A stretch of DNA of 36,760 nucleotides from a virus, in the IMG/VR virus record IMGVR_UViG_3300002821_000001. The stretch is one strand, 5' to 3'. A model generated the notes under the pieces. That model made no database searches, was not told the origin of the DNA, and saw only the letters and a list, made by a program, of their open reading frames with translations. Position 1 is the stretch's first letter, and every line of letters starts with the position of its first letter. A program made the position numbers and the translations under genes. This document shows, piece by piece, positions 1 through 9,173 of this stretch.

Positions 1-25
1 TCATAAACCCGTTCAAATTAGCAAA
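1..25. repeat. 25-bp terminal direct repeat identical to 36736..36760 (assembly overlap of a circular or circularly permuted genome)
   Basis: tcataaacccgttcaaattagcaaa is present at both window ends. The ORF starting at 36593 reads in frame across the junction. Confidence 0.9.
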
Positions 26-52
26 AGCGTTTATAACGCTAATAAGGAATAG
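1..52 (+). CDS. 3' end of the small ORF that begins at 36593 (spans the circular junction), hypothetical
   Basis: The frame is continuous with 36593..36760 once the 25-bp overlap is removed. TAG stop at 50..52. Confidence 0.5.
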   Translation, partial: HKPVQISKSVYNANKE

Positions 53-55
53 TTT

Positions 56-268
56 ATGACAATCAAAGCGTATGTTTGTTACCGTGATGTAAATGTTAAT
101 GGTAGAAGTGTTAAGCAATATTTGTCGCGTGGTTGGGGAATAACGAGCAAGTTGTCAAACGCGATGCCGATGGACTTAGAAACAGCGCAAAGAGAATGTT
201 GCCAATTATTAATTAATGAGGGTTGGGAATATGCCCTCGTTGAGATTGAGAGATATGCTTTTGAATAA
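56..268 (+). CDS. hypothetical protein (70 aa)
   Basis: ORF with an AAGGAA-like RBS upstream of the ATG, co-oriented with the early genes. Confidence 0.5.
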   Translation: MTIKAYVCYRDVNVNGRSVKQYLSRGWGITSKLSNAMPMDLETAQRECCQLLINEGWEYALVEIERYAFE

Positions 269-926
269 TAACAATAATACGATTTGTAAAAATCAAGATG
301 AGTGGCAAAAGGCAAGAAAATTGTCGGCTACTAGGGCATCGGCAATTTTAGGTCAAAATCCATATTCAACTAATGTTGATGTATGGGAGATATTGACTAA
401 TAAGAAAGTAGATAAAGATTTAAGCGATAATGAAGCGGTTATATTTGGTTTAACAACTGAAAATGCGATTAGAGAACTTTATCAAGCCGAAACAAAAGAT
501 AAATACTTGATTGTTGCGCCAGACGATTTTATTGATAAAGGGCAACGTATTGTCTATCATCATAAAGAAAAAGAATATTTGACATCGTCTTGCGATGGTT
601 TGATTACCGAGTTAGATAGCGAAAAGCATGGCGTGTTAGAGATTAAGACAACTTCGATATTGTCATCTATTCATAGGGAAACTTGGCGAGATGTCATACC
701 ACAAGACTATTACATTCAGTTGCTACACGAAATGCTTGTGCTTGATGTTGACTTTGGCGTGTTAGTTGCCTATTTGAGATATAGCGATTATTCATTGATT
801 AAAGCGTATCGTGCTGAAAGGGTTGCTGTTGAAAACGAGATTAAATCGTTGTTTGATAAAGAAGTCGAGTTTTGGGAAAAGTATGTGGCGACAAATAAAA
901 AACCGCCATTACTAATAAACATTTAA
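216..926 (+). CDS. YqaJ-like / lambda-Exo-type PD-(D/E)XK recombination exonuclease (true start probably ATG 231 or 255)
   Basis: N-terminal WQKARKLSATRASAILGQNPYS..W motif typical of YqaJ. D..(x)n..LEIKT catalytic core. Sits in a module with RecT. Confidence 0.8.
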   Translation: MRVGNMPSLRLRDMLLNNNNNTICKNQDEWQKARKLSATRASAILGQNPYSTNVDVWEILTNKKVDKDLSDNEAVIFGLTTENAIRELYQAETKDKYLIVAPDDFIDKGQRIVYHHKEKEYLTSSCDGLITELDSEKHGVLEIKTTSILSSIHRETWRDVIPQDYYIQLLHEMLVLDVDFGVLVAYLRYSDYSLIKAYRAERVAVENEIKSLFDKEVEFWEKYVATNKKPPLLINI

Positions 927-939
927 GGGGGAAACATAA

Positions 940-1224
940 ATGGAAATGGAAGAAGTCAAAAAGTTAGTTAAGGTTGAATTAGTTAAGTTAAATGCGTTTT
1001 GGGAAACGAGCGAAAGTCAACACGGAAGTATGGGGCATTTTAGGTTTTTTAATGATGACCTTGAGGTTTCATTACAAGAGTTTTATAGTGAGTGGTCGCA
1101 AGAAGTAAATGTCTTTCTTGGCTTTGAATTAAATGGTCTTGATTACGACATCACATCGTTTAACGCCAATCAAAAAAGCATTGAGAAATTGTTTGCCGAG
1201 TATAAACGAATTAAGGAGGAATAA
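940..1224 (+). CDS. hypothetical protein (94 aa)
   Basis: AAGGGGGAAAC RBS 8 nt upstream, tightly packed in the operon. Confidence 0.6.
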   Translation: MEMEEVKKLVKVELVKLNAFWETSESQHGSMGHFRFFNDDLEVSLQEFYSEWSQEVNVFLGFELNGLDYDITSFNANQKSIEKLFAEYKRIKEE

Positions 1225-1226
1225 CA

Positions 1227-2042
1227 ATGGCACAATTTGAATTAGCGATTATCAATGACGAATTTGGCAAATTACAAGTTAAAGATTTTGAGCAAGTTAA
1301 AGGTGCTTTAATTGAAGTGCTTGACGGTCTTGAATTGCCAACATTGGTTGATAACAATAACTATGTTGAAGCAAAAGAAAAAAGGGCAAAACTTAATAAA
1401 GTCGCCAAGTTGTTAGACACGCAAAAGACCGATATGCGTAAAAAGGCATTAGAGATTGTGGCGATTGCCGAAAAGCAAATTAAGGAATTGGCGGCGATGG
1501 CAAATGATAGGTCTATCACGCTTGATACATTGGTTAAAGATTATGAAGTTGAATTGGAAGCCAATCGTATTAAGAAAGCAAATGCTATTTATCTTGAATT
1601 ACAAGGGTTAAATAGTAAAAATCTATCGTTTGAAAAAGTGGTTGAAATGGTTGGCGATAAATGGGCCAACGCCACAACGACCGAAAAAATGATTAAAGAC
1701 GATATCACCACTTTTTATAAAAAGGTCGATGACGATATCACGATGATTAAAAGTGCGTTCCCTGATTATTACCAATTTATCATTGATTATTACCTTACTT
1801 CGTTTGACATGCTACAAGCGACCAAAGATGGCAAACAGGCGTGGGAAATTGCTAATAAGCATGAGGCTGATGGCGTTCCGTTTAGCGATAAAGAAATTGC
1901 CGACAATAAGTTATCAATGGCAAATGAAGAAAAGTTTGTGCTTGTGTTTACCATTAAAGCCACAAGACGCGAAATCGAGCAATTACAAGAATATCTAAAC
2001 AAAAAAGGCATTGAAGTAATCAGTGCCAAGAAAGGAGAATAG
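1227..2042 (+). CDS. DUF1351-like phage protein (recombination-module associated)
   Basis: Size about 270 aa. K..RA.LNK....D..K.D.RKK pattern recalled from DUF1351. Lies between Exo and RecT. Confidence 0.55.
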   Translation: MAQFELAIINDEFGKLQVKDFEQVKGALIEVLDGLELPTLVDNNNYVEAKEKRAKLNKVAKLLDTQKTDMRKKALEIVAIAEKQIKELAAMANDRSITLDTLVKDYEVELEANRIKKANAIYLELQGLNSKNLSFEKVVEMVGDKWANATTTEKMIKDDITTFYKKVDDDITMIKSAFPDYYQFIIDYYLTSFDMLQATKDGKQAWEIANKHEADGVPFSDKEIADNKLSMANEEKFVLVFTIKATRREIEQLQEYLNKKGIEVISAKKGE

Positions 2043-2044
2043 AT

Positions 2045-2545
2045 ATGGAAAAAAAAGATTTGAAAGCAGGAATGATGGTTGAATTAAGAGATGGTTCTAG
2101 GTATATTTTAATTCCTAATAGTTATGGACTACAACTAATAAATGTAAAAAACGCAACAAATTGGGAGAGTAGTCTATCAGGTTTTAATGATGATTTAACG
2201 GCTAAGATTGAATTTATGAAAAACATTGTAAAAGTTTATGATTTGTCTGATACCTCACCATTCTATTTTATTAATCGGAAACTTTTATGGGAACGAGAGC
2301 CAAAGATTAAACTTACGCAAGAAGAAATCGAGATACTAAAAGCGTTGAAAGTGTTGGGCTATGAAAAAATCTTTCGAGAAGAAGATGATGTCGAAAAAAG
2401 TAAAAGTAGTTATCTAACTGCATATAAAGAACTATCACAAAATTGTTCACATTGGTTAGTTCTCGACACTGATGCGTTCAAGTTTGTTAAACAAGGACAC
2501 GCGCAATGGCATAGCATTGATGAACTCTTGAAAGGAGTAAAATAA
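2045..2545 (+). CDS. hypothetical protein (166 aa)
   Basis: ORF with a GGAGAA RBS, operon context. Confidence 0.6.
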   Translation: MEKKDLKAGMMVELRDGSRYILIPNSYGLQLINVKNATNWESSLSGFNDDLTAKIEFMKNIVKVYDLSDTSPFYFINRKLLWEREPKIKLTQEEIEILKALKVLGYEKIFREEDDVEKSKSSYLTAYKELSQNCSHWLVLDTDAFKFVKQGHAQWHSIDELLKGVK

Positions 2546-3393
2546 TGAATAACACACCAATTAATAATTCTATACAAGGGGGCAAACCTAAATTCAGCGT
2601 TGCCATTAAAAGCGATAGTTACCAACGATTGATTAACGATACGCTAGGCGACCCTAAGTTAGCACAACAATTTGTAGCCGATATATCAACTGCGGTTGCG
2701 ATTAACCCAGCGTTGTCCCGTTGCGAAGCGGGGTCTATTTTAAGTGCCGGACTTGTTGCCTACACATTAAAGTTGCCATTAAACGCCTCGTTAGGTTTTG
2801 CTTATTTAGTTCCTTATGGCGATAAAGCCCAATTTCAACTTGGGGCAAAAGGCTTCAAACAATTAGCGATGAGAAGTGGCGTTTATATCGACATTGATGT
2901 TGTTGATATTAGAGATGGCGAGTATTTGGGGCGAGATGAAGATACGGGAAAACCAAGATTTAAGTTTATTACTGATGATGTTGTTCGTGAAAATAAACCG
3001 ATTATTGGATATCTTGCCTACTTTGTTGCCCAAAATGGTTTTAAGAAATCGCTTTATTGGTCGATCGAAAAGATTATGGCTCATGGGAAACGCTATTCAA
3101 AAACATTTAATAGCACATCATCTACTAATGCTTGGCGAGATAACAAAGAAAAAATGTGCGAAAAGACCGTGATTAAGCAACTGCTATCTAATTGGGGTGT
3201 GTTAAGCGTTGAACTACAAGACGCATTAAAATACGACCAAGCAGTTATTAAAGATGATAAATCGGTCGAATATGTCGATAAACCCGATGATGTAAAAGAA
3301 GAAATGGAAATGGAAGTTGTTGAAACCGAAGTTGTCGATAAACCAACCCCAAAAGCACAAGGTAGTTTGTTAGACGCAATAGATAACGAATAG
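2545..3393 (+). CDS. recT: RecT-family single-strand annealing recombinase
   Basis: GAKGFKQLAMRSGVY and downstream segments typical of RecT. Acidic C-terminal tail. Paired with the YqaJ exonuclease. Confidence 0.85.
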   Translation: MNNTPINNSIQGGKPKFSVAIKSDSYQRLINDTLGDPKLAQQFVADISTAVAINPALSRCEAGSILSAGLVAYTLKLPLNASLGFAYLVPYGDKAQFQLGAKGFKQLAMRSGVYIDIDVVDIRDGEYLGRDEDTGKPRFKFITDDVVRENKPIIGYLAYFVAQNGFKKSLYWSIEKIMAHGKRYSKTFNSTSSTNAWRDNKEKMCEKTVIKQLLSNWGVLSVELQDALKYDQAVIKDDKSVEYVDKPDDVKEEMEMEVVETEVVDKPTPKAQGSLLDAIDNE

Positions 3394-3506
3394 GCATATT
3401 TAATCAATAAACGCCCCTACAAGCAACGATAAGCATAAAAGGTCTTAATATACTAGACACACACTTGCAACGCTTGTGGGGGCATAGAAAGGGGAAATAA
3501 AGGCAA

Positions 3507-4019
3507 ATGAGTATTATAGAACAATTACAAGAAGTAGTTAAAGAGCAAGAACGGGTTAATCTTGGGTATCAAATGCCAACAAGGGCTTGGGCTTTGTATG
3601 AATATTTGAAAGATAGATGTGTGGGGGTTGATAACGCAAAAAGTGCCGAAGATATTGTTGAATATCTTAAAGCACAATACCCACATATTTATAATGATGA
3701 ATATGATACAAGACAATTAAGACACGATATTAGAAAGATTAGAACGACCTTGCCAAGACGAATTGGCTCATCAAGTAAGGGTTATTGGTTGATGACTAGC
3801 GATGACGAGATTAAAGGAACATCAATGATGATGAAACAATTTGTATCGCTTGTTGAAACATTAACGCAACAAGGCATTAATCCAAGTTTATTACATCGTA
3901 TCGTTGGCGCGTTTGCTAAAAAACAAGGTCGAGAAGTTGACAATCAGTTAACGATTAAGATTACGGAACATTTAAGAGAAGTCATACACACTTTAAGCGA
4001 TGACTTGAAAGGGGAATAA
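3507..4019 (+). CDS. hypothetical protein, possible winged-helix DNA-binding protein
   Basis: GAAAGGGGAAATAAAGG RBS. RKIRTTLPRRIGSSSKGYWL resembles a wHTH wing. No firm family assignment. Confidence 0.5.
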   Translation: MSIIEQLQEVVKEQERVNLGYQMPTRAWALYEYLKDRCVGVDNAKSAEDIVEYLKAQYPHIYNDEYDTRQLRHDIRKIRTTLPRRIGSSSKGYWLMTSDDEIKGTSMMMKQFVSLVETLTQQGINPSLLHRIVGAFAKKQGREVDNQLTIKITEHLREVIHTLSDDLKGE

Positions 4020-4020
4020 A

Positions 4021-4452
4021 ATGAGAGAAATAAAGTTTAGATTTTGGATGGGCAATTATGCTAAACCTATCTATGAATATTCTGACAATTTAATTAGATT
4101 AGAGCAAGAGAGAAATTGTCCGATACTTGCCGATTACTTAACAACCAAAAGAGATGTGATTGTCAAAGAGCAATACACAGGTCTAAAAGACAAGAATGGC
4201 AAAGAGATTTATGAAGGTGATATTTTGAGTTTTGTCTATCGTCCAACACGGGAAACAAAAGAAAATTATCGTGGTGTAATCAAGTTTGGAAATCCTAACG
4301 GCGCATATAATTGGGGTTGGCAAATTAGGTTTATTGGAACGCAACCACTTACAGCGAAAGATATTTTGTTTTGGATAGAGGACATTTATACCGATTGCGA
4401 AGTCATTGGCAACATTCACGAAAATCCTGAATTGTTAAAAGGAAACGAATAA
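4021..4452 (+). CDS. YopX-family protein
   Basis: IKFRFW start, YTGLKDKNGKEIYEGDI, and C-terminal VIGNIHENPELL are hallmark YopX motifs. Confidence 0.85.
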   Translation: MREIKFRFWMGNYAKPIYEYSDNLIRLEQERNCPILADYLTTKRDVIVKEQYTGLKDKNGKEIYEGDILSFVYRPTRETKENYRGVIKFGNPNGAYNWGWQIRFIGTQPLTAKDILFWIEDIYTDCEVIGNIHENPELLKGNE

Positions 4453-4453
4453 T

Positions 4454-4717
4454 ATGGCACGAAAGAGAAAATATATTATCTTACAATACAAAGACGCAAG
4501 AACAAAGATTTACCAAAATAAAAAGTTTGCTTATCCTAGACTTGCTAAAAACTTTTATGATACATTACAGGTTGCTGAAAGACAATCTTGCGATATGTTT
4601 GTCTTGACGATTGATGGAAAAAACGATTATTATACGCCAATCAATTTACGCATTTTAGAAGATTTACTTGGTAGTGGAAACAAGTCGCCAATTCTTTTGA
4701 AAGGTAAAAGACGATGA
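4454..4717 (+). CDS. hypothetical protein (87 aa)
   Basis: ORF abutting its neighbours. Ends in TGA and overlaps the next ATG (ATGA). Confidence 0.55.
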   Translation: MARKRKYIILQYKDARTKIYQNKKFAYPRLAKNFYDTLQVAERQSCDMFVLTIDGKNDYYTPINLRILEDLLGSGNKSPILLKGKRR

Positions 4718-5691
4718 AGATACAATTAGACGACAGAATTATTGGGAGTGATGCGTTTCTATCTTTATCACACACCGCACAATGCCTATACTTTGCTTTA
4801 TTTAGGGCAAGAGATAACGATGGTGTTGTTAATAAAACTAAAAGTGTGATGATGGCAACAAGTCGTGAAGATGGTAAAGATGTGGAGTTGTGCCAAGAAA
4901 AACACTTACAAGAGTTAATAAATGGCTCGTTCTTGATTGACTTTCGTAAAAGTGATGGTGTGGTTATTATTAAACACCATTGGTTACACACCACTTATAA
5001 AAGCGATAGATATATTCCATCGACTTATGATTGCGTAAATCGTTTGTTTGTTAAATCAAATGGCGTTTATACCGAAGATGAAACACAAGGAAAACCATAC
5101 TTGGAAAATAAATGGAAAAATAATGGAAAAAATCTGGAAGAAAATAGTTTCCCCAATCTAATCAAATCTAATCTAATTAAATCTAATATATTAAAGAATA
5201 AGAATATTGCCGATAAAAAAATCGGCGATGTGGTTGTTTTGGTGAGTGAAGATGATAAAACAACTAAAAGCGATGATAAAAAACCTAGTGATTTGTTTGC
5301 TGAACGATTTGAAATGTATTGGAAGGCGTATAACAATCATAAGGGAAGTAAAGCCAAAGCAAAACAATGGTTTATCACGCATAAAGTTAGTGAAGAAACC
5401 TTGAATAGTATGCTACAAGCGATTAAAATTGATGATGTAGCACGAGATGAAGCACAAATAATGAGTGAGTTTTACCCACAAAAACCATATGCTACTACTT
5501 GGTTAAATCAAAAGCGTTGGGAAACACTACTCGAAAACGTGCCACAAAGCCACCCACAAGGCACGAAAGGAAGTTCAAGGGAAAACATACCACCCCAAGA
5601 CCAATCGTCGCCTACAAGCCAAGCAAATGGCGAAATAGGCGATATAGAGAAACTTGTTGCCGAGTTTGAAGCGAGCAAGAAAGGAAAATAG
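4714..5691 (+). CDS. putative phage replisome organizer / replication initiator
   Basis: The N-terminal region resembles the phage replisome-organizer N-domain. The C-terminal F.RFE.YWKAYNNHKGSKAKAKQWF motif is common in phage replication proteins. There are internal iterons in the low-complexity linker. Confidence 0.5.
   Translation: MKIQLDDRIIGSDAFLSLSHTAQCLYFALFRARDNDGVVNKTKSVMMATSREDGKDVELCQEKHLQELINGSFLIDFRKSDGVVIIKHHWLHTTYKSDRYIPSTYDCVNRLFVKSNGVYTEDETQGKPYLENKWKNNGKNLEENSFPNLIKSNLIKSNILKNKNIADKKIGDVVVLVSEDDKTTKSDDKKPSDLFAERFEMYWKAYNNHKGSKAKAKQWFITHKVSEETLNSMLQAIKIDDVARDEAQIMSEFYPQKPYATTWLNQKRWETLLENVPQSHPQGTKGSSRENIPPQDQSSPTSQANGEIGDIEKLVAEFEASKKGK
5155..5226. repeat. candidate origin of replication inside the initiator gene: 15-bp iterons plus an AT-rich inverted repeat
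   Basis: Iterons aatctaatcaaatct (5155..5169) and aatctaattaaatct (5170..5184). Inverted repeat gccgat-aaaaaa-atcggc (5209..5226). AATGGAAAAA occurs twice just upstream (about 5111..5130). Confidence 0.4.
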
Positions 5692-5695
5692 GATT

Positions 5696-5983
5696 ATGAG
5701 ATATTTTTATATAGGGAATATTAGAAAACTAAGAGAAAATGGGTTTGTTGTTCATAATGAAAAAAATAAAAAATGGACTTATGCTAATCGTGGTTATGAA
5801 ACCGACAGAGATAATTCAATCTTGATTTGGCTTGGTAACAACGCTACCACGCCTTACACGAAGAATGAAATCGTGTTTAATATCGGCGGAAAAAACAAAG
5901 ACGACTTGCCTGATTATATTGAGGATTTAATTGCGAAAGGACTTGTAATGGTTAAAGAAGATGACGATAACAAAAGTAATTGA
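5696..5983 (+). CDS. hypothetical protein (95 aa)
   Basis: ATG at 5696 preceded by a GAAAGGAAAA RBS. The longer track ORF (5654) overlaps the upstream gene. Confidence 0.55.
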   Translation: MRYFYIGNIRKLRENGFVVHNEKNKKWTYANRGYETDRDNSILIWLGNNATTPYTKNEIVFNIGGKNKDDLPDYIEDLIAKGLVMVKEDDDNKSN

Positions 5984-6116
5984 AATTATTAAAGATAAAA
6001 TGGCGACGCTAGACAAACTAGCAAAAGATGATTTGATTGATAGGGGACATTCCGTATCTTGCCGTTATGCTTATTTTGAGTTAGCCGACATACTAAAACA
6101 AATAAATAATGGTTAG
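5961..6116 (+). CDS. possible small ORF (51 aa), hypothetical
   Basis: Fills an otherwise empty gap before the methyltransferase. Weak AAAGAAG RBS. Below the track threshold. Confidence 0.3.
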   Translation: MTITKVIEIIKDKMATLDKLAKDDLIDRGHSVSCRYAYFELADILKQINNG

Positions 6117-6152
6117 CAAGTGGCAAAAAGCCAAACATAAAGAGGGAAAACA

Positions 6153-7544
6153 GTGATAGAACAATTAAGCATTTGGGAAGATTTAATACCTTTTTATAAA
6201 ATTGAAAAGCCGATAAGGTTAATTGAATTATTTGCTGGTATAGGTTCACAGCGCCAAGCGTTGAAAAATCTAGGGGTTGAAATCAATCGCTCAACAATTT
6301 GCGAGTGGCAAGTTAATTCTATTCAAACATACAATGATATACACATTAGAGATTACAAAGATTATTCACAAGGAAAAGATAAAGATTGGTTGATTGAGTT
6401 TTTAGCAAACAAAGGAGTTTCGATTGATTACAATTCACCAATGACGAAACAACAGTTATCACGAAAAGGCGAAAGTTGGTTAAGAAACACTTACAATAAC
6501 ATAATCGCTACAAATAACATTGTTAATATAATGAGTGCTAAAGGCGAAGATTTAGATATTATCAATACTAACAAATACGATTACATTATGACATATTCAT
6601 TTCCTTGCCAAGATTTAAGTTTGGCTGGCAAAGGTGGTGGTATGGGTAGAGATGGCGGAACTAGGAGTGGTTTGTTATGGCAAGTTGAGAGATTACTAAA
6701 AGAAACAAAAGAGTTACCACAAATACTTTTAATGGAAAATGTGCCTGAAGTTATTGGAACGAACAATATAAAGCATTTTCAAGAGTGGGAATTGTTTTTA
6801 AGGCAATTAGGGTATAGCAACTATTGTGAAGTGCTTAATGCCAAAGATTACGGAATACCACAAAATCGTAATCGCTGTTTTATGGTTTCTATCTTGGGCG
6901 ATTACCTATATCGCTTTCCGCAAAAACAAGAGTTAGAATTACTATTGGAAGATATGCGCGAAGAAGAAGTTGACGAGAAATATTTTTTATCAAAACGACT
7001 TAAAGAAGGGTTTATGACAAACCCTAAAAGTGGATACAAGAGAAAAGAACAGTTTGTTAATGGGCTTTTAAGCCCTAACATTTTTGGAATAGCGCACGCC
7101 ATAACAACAAAGTCGGGAACTCGTCCTAGCGAGAACTATTTATTGGATGGCGACACTAATTTCAAACAACTAATGTGCGAAAAGTTAATTAGAGAAAATA
7201 AAGTCCAAGCATATGATGTTATACGCCATTCATACACTAAAAGCAGAATGAATGGCAAAATGAATGATATACAAGAAAACAATACTTCACCCACAATAGA
7301 CACAAGAGCAGATTGTTTGGGTGTGGTGGTTAATGAGAAGCAAAGCAAGATGATGCAATTACGTATACGCAAACTAACACCAAAAGAGTGTTGGCGGCTA
7401 ATGGGTTTCAAAGATGAGCAATTTGAATTAGCACAAGTTCATCAAAGCAACTCAACACTATATCATCAAGCCGGAGATAGCATTGTAGTTAATGTATTAG
7501 AAACAATATTAAAACCACTTATAAAAGAAAGAAAAGGGGAATAG
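6153..7544 (+). CDS. DNA (cytosine-5) methyltransferase, orphan (GTG start)
   Basis: Motif I LFAGIGS, motif IV SFPCQDLS, motif VI MENVPEV, motif VIII QNRNRCF, motif X AGDSIVVNVL. No adjacent restriction endonuclease is recognisable. Confidence 0.92.
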   Translation: MIEQLSIWEDLIPFYKIEKPIRLIELFAGIGSQRQALKNLGVEINRSTICEWQVNSIQTYNDIHIRDYKDYSQGKDKDWLIEFLANKGVSIDYNSPMTKQQLSRKGESWLRNTYNNIIATNNIVNIMSAKGEDLDIINTNKYDYIMTYSFPCQDLSLAGKGGGMGRDGGTRSGLLWQVERLLKETKELPQILLMENVPEVIGTNNIKHFQEWELFLRQLGYSNYCEVLNAKDYGIPQNRNRCFMVSILGDYLYRFPQKQELELLLEDMREEEVDEKYFLSKRLKEGFMTNPKSGYKRKEQFVNGLLSPNIFGIAHAITTKSGTRPSENYLLDGDTNFKQLMCEKLIRENKVQAYDVIRHSYTKSRMNGKMNDIQENNTSPTIDTRADCLGVVVNEKQSKMMQLRIRKLTPKECWRLMGFKDEQFELAQVHQSNSTLYHQAGDSIVVNVLETILKPLIKERKGE

Positions 7545-7547
7545 AAA

Positions 7548-8711
7548 ATGACACTAAACGATAAAGAAATAATTGAAGTAGTCGAAAAATCGAAAAACGG
7601 GTTTGGAAAAGCAAATTGGGCAAAAGCCAAAAATCAATTAGACGAGATGTATGGCATGAGAACGCTCGAAGGTTGGCGACAACTTTACAAAAGAATTAAG
7701 TTTCAATCATCATTAAAAGACGAATTAACCGAAATCAACGAAAAGCAATTAAGCAAAGCACGATTAGTTATTAGAGAAAAATTATATCGTGGGGCAACGA
7801 TTGATGAATTAAGGCGCGATACACGATTGCCCGAGTTATACATTTTAGGCATTATTAAAGATTTAGAAGATAGTGATTGTTTAACGATTGAACGACAAGG
7901 ATACGATGGCAACGCTCGATATATGATTATTAAAAACGTATATGTGCCACCTAAATCATATCAGCATTTTGTCGGCGAAACCAAAAAGAAAACATTTATG
8001 GTTATTAGCGATAGTCATTTATGTAGCATTTACGAACAACTATCTTTTGTAAACTTTTTATATGACGAAGCGTATAAAAGAGGAATTGATACGATTTATC
8101 ATTGTGGCGATATTGTTGATGGGTATTACAAGACACGCCCAGAGCAAATCATCGCATTACATTCAATCACTTTCGACCAACAAAGCGATTATGTGATTAA
8201 GAATTACCCAAAGCGTGATGGCATAACAACTTATTTTATTACGGGTAATCACGATGAAACACATATCAAAAATGGCGGTGCTGATATTGGTAGAGCAATC
8301 GCTAGAAGTCGTCCAGACATGGTCTATTTGGGTCTAGGACACGCCAAAGTGTTTTTATCGCCTAATTGCTGGATAAGTTTGTTACACCCGTTAGACGGCT
8401 CGTCTTACGCATTATCTTATTCAACACAAAAATATATTGATAGTTTAAGTGGTGGCGAGAAACCGAATATGTTGTTTGTGGGTCATCATCATAAATTATT
8501 GTCAATGGTAAATCGAAATATATTTGCTTATGAAGTTCCATCGACTTGCCAACAATCAATGTGGGAAAAGCGTATGCGATTACAAAACACTTCGGGTGCT
8601 TGGATAATTAGTGTCGAGATTGACGATGAGGGAACATTGACAAGAGTGGTTGATGAAAAAATAATTCAATTCAAAAAGATAGACAACGATTACCAAAACT
8701 TTAAGAAATAA
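7548..8711 (+). CDS. calcineurin-like metallophosphoesterase with an N-terminal extra domain of about 150 aa
   Basis: MPP motifs VISDSH, GDIVDG, GNHD, GHHH in the C-terminal 240 aa. The N-terminal domain is of unknown function. Confidence 0.8.
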   Translation: MTLNDKEIIEVVEKSKNGFGKANWAKAKNQLDEMYGMRTLEGWRQLYKRIKFQSSLKDELTEINEKQLSKARLVIREKLYRGATIDELRRDTRLPELYILGIIKDLEDSDCLTIERQGYDGNARYMIIKNVYVPPKSYQHFVGETKKKTFMVISDSHLCSIYEQLSFVNFLYDEAYKRGIDTIYHCGDIVDGYYKTRPEQIIALHSITFDQQSDYVIKNYPKRDGITTYFITGNHDETHIKNGGADIGRAIARSRPDMVYLGLGHAKVFLSPNCWISLLHPLDGSSYALSYSTQKYIDSLSGGEKPNMLFVGHHHKLLSMVNRNIFAYEVPSTCQQSMWEKRMRLQNTSGAWIISVEIDDEGTLTRVVDEKIIQFKKIDNDYQNFKK

Positions 8712-8714
8712 CGC

Positions 8715-8742
8715 TTGTCATTTAATAGGACAATGGTATAAT
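8715..8742 (+). promoter_or_regulatory. sigma-A-type promoter TTGTCA-16-TGgTATAAT
   Basis: -35 at 8715..8720, extended -10 TGgTATAAT at 8734..8742. TAGGACAA lies in the spacer. Confidence 0.6.
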
Positions 8743-8765
8743 AATAGTGGTGAGGGGGTGTTTAT

Positions 8766-8981
8766 ATGGATGAATTGGAAATCGAGTTTATAAATGATGA
8801 TAAGAAAAGGCACATTGTGTATCTATTGGATAAAACCAAAATAATAGCAATATACGATAGTAAGAAAGACGAATTGACGATTAAAAATGTGAGTAAAGAC
8901 AATGTGTTTCTATTCGAGCAAAAAGAATTAAAAGAAGTTTTTATTAATCTGATTGGAGAAGAAAGACAAAAACTAAATTAA
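8766..8981 (+). CDS. hypothetical protein (71 aa)
   Basis: GAGGGGG RBS, first gene after the promoter. Confidence 0.6.
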   Translation: MDELEIEFINDDKKRHIVYLLDKTKIIAIYDSKKDELTIKNVSKDNVFLFEQKELKEVFINLIGEERQKLN

Positions 8982-8993
8982 GGGGGAATTGCT

Positions 8994-9173
8994 ATGAGTA
9001 TTAATTTTCAATATAAATTAGGCGATTTAGTTTATGTGCCTAAAAAGAAAAAATGCGGGGTTATCTTATCTTGGTATGTCGATGATAACGATATGCTGAT
9101 GTTTGAAGTAGAAATGGGGATACACATTTGTCATCTTGCCGAATATGAAATCGAGCATAATGGGTGTGAATAA
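8994..9173 (+). CDS. hypothetical protein (59 aa, below the track cutoff)
   Basis: AAGGGGGAA RBS. Stop overlaps the next start (TAATG). Confidence 0.55.
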   Translation: MSINFQYKLGDLVYVPKKKKCGVILSWYVDDNDMLMFEVEMGIHICHLAEYEIEHNGCE

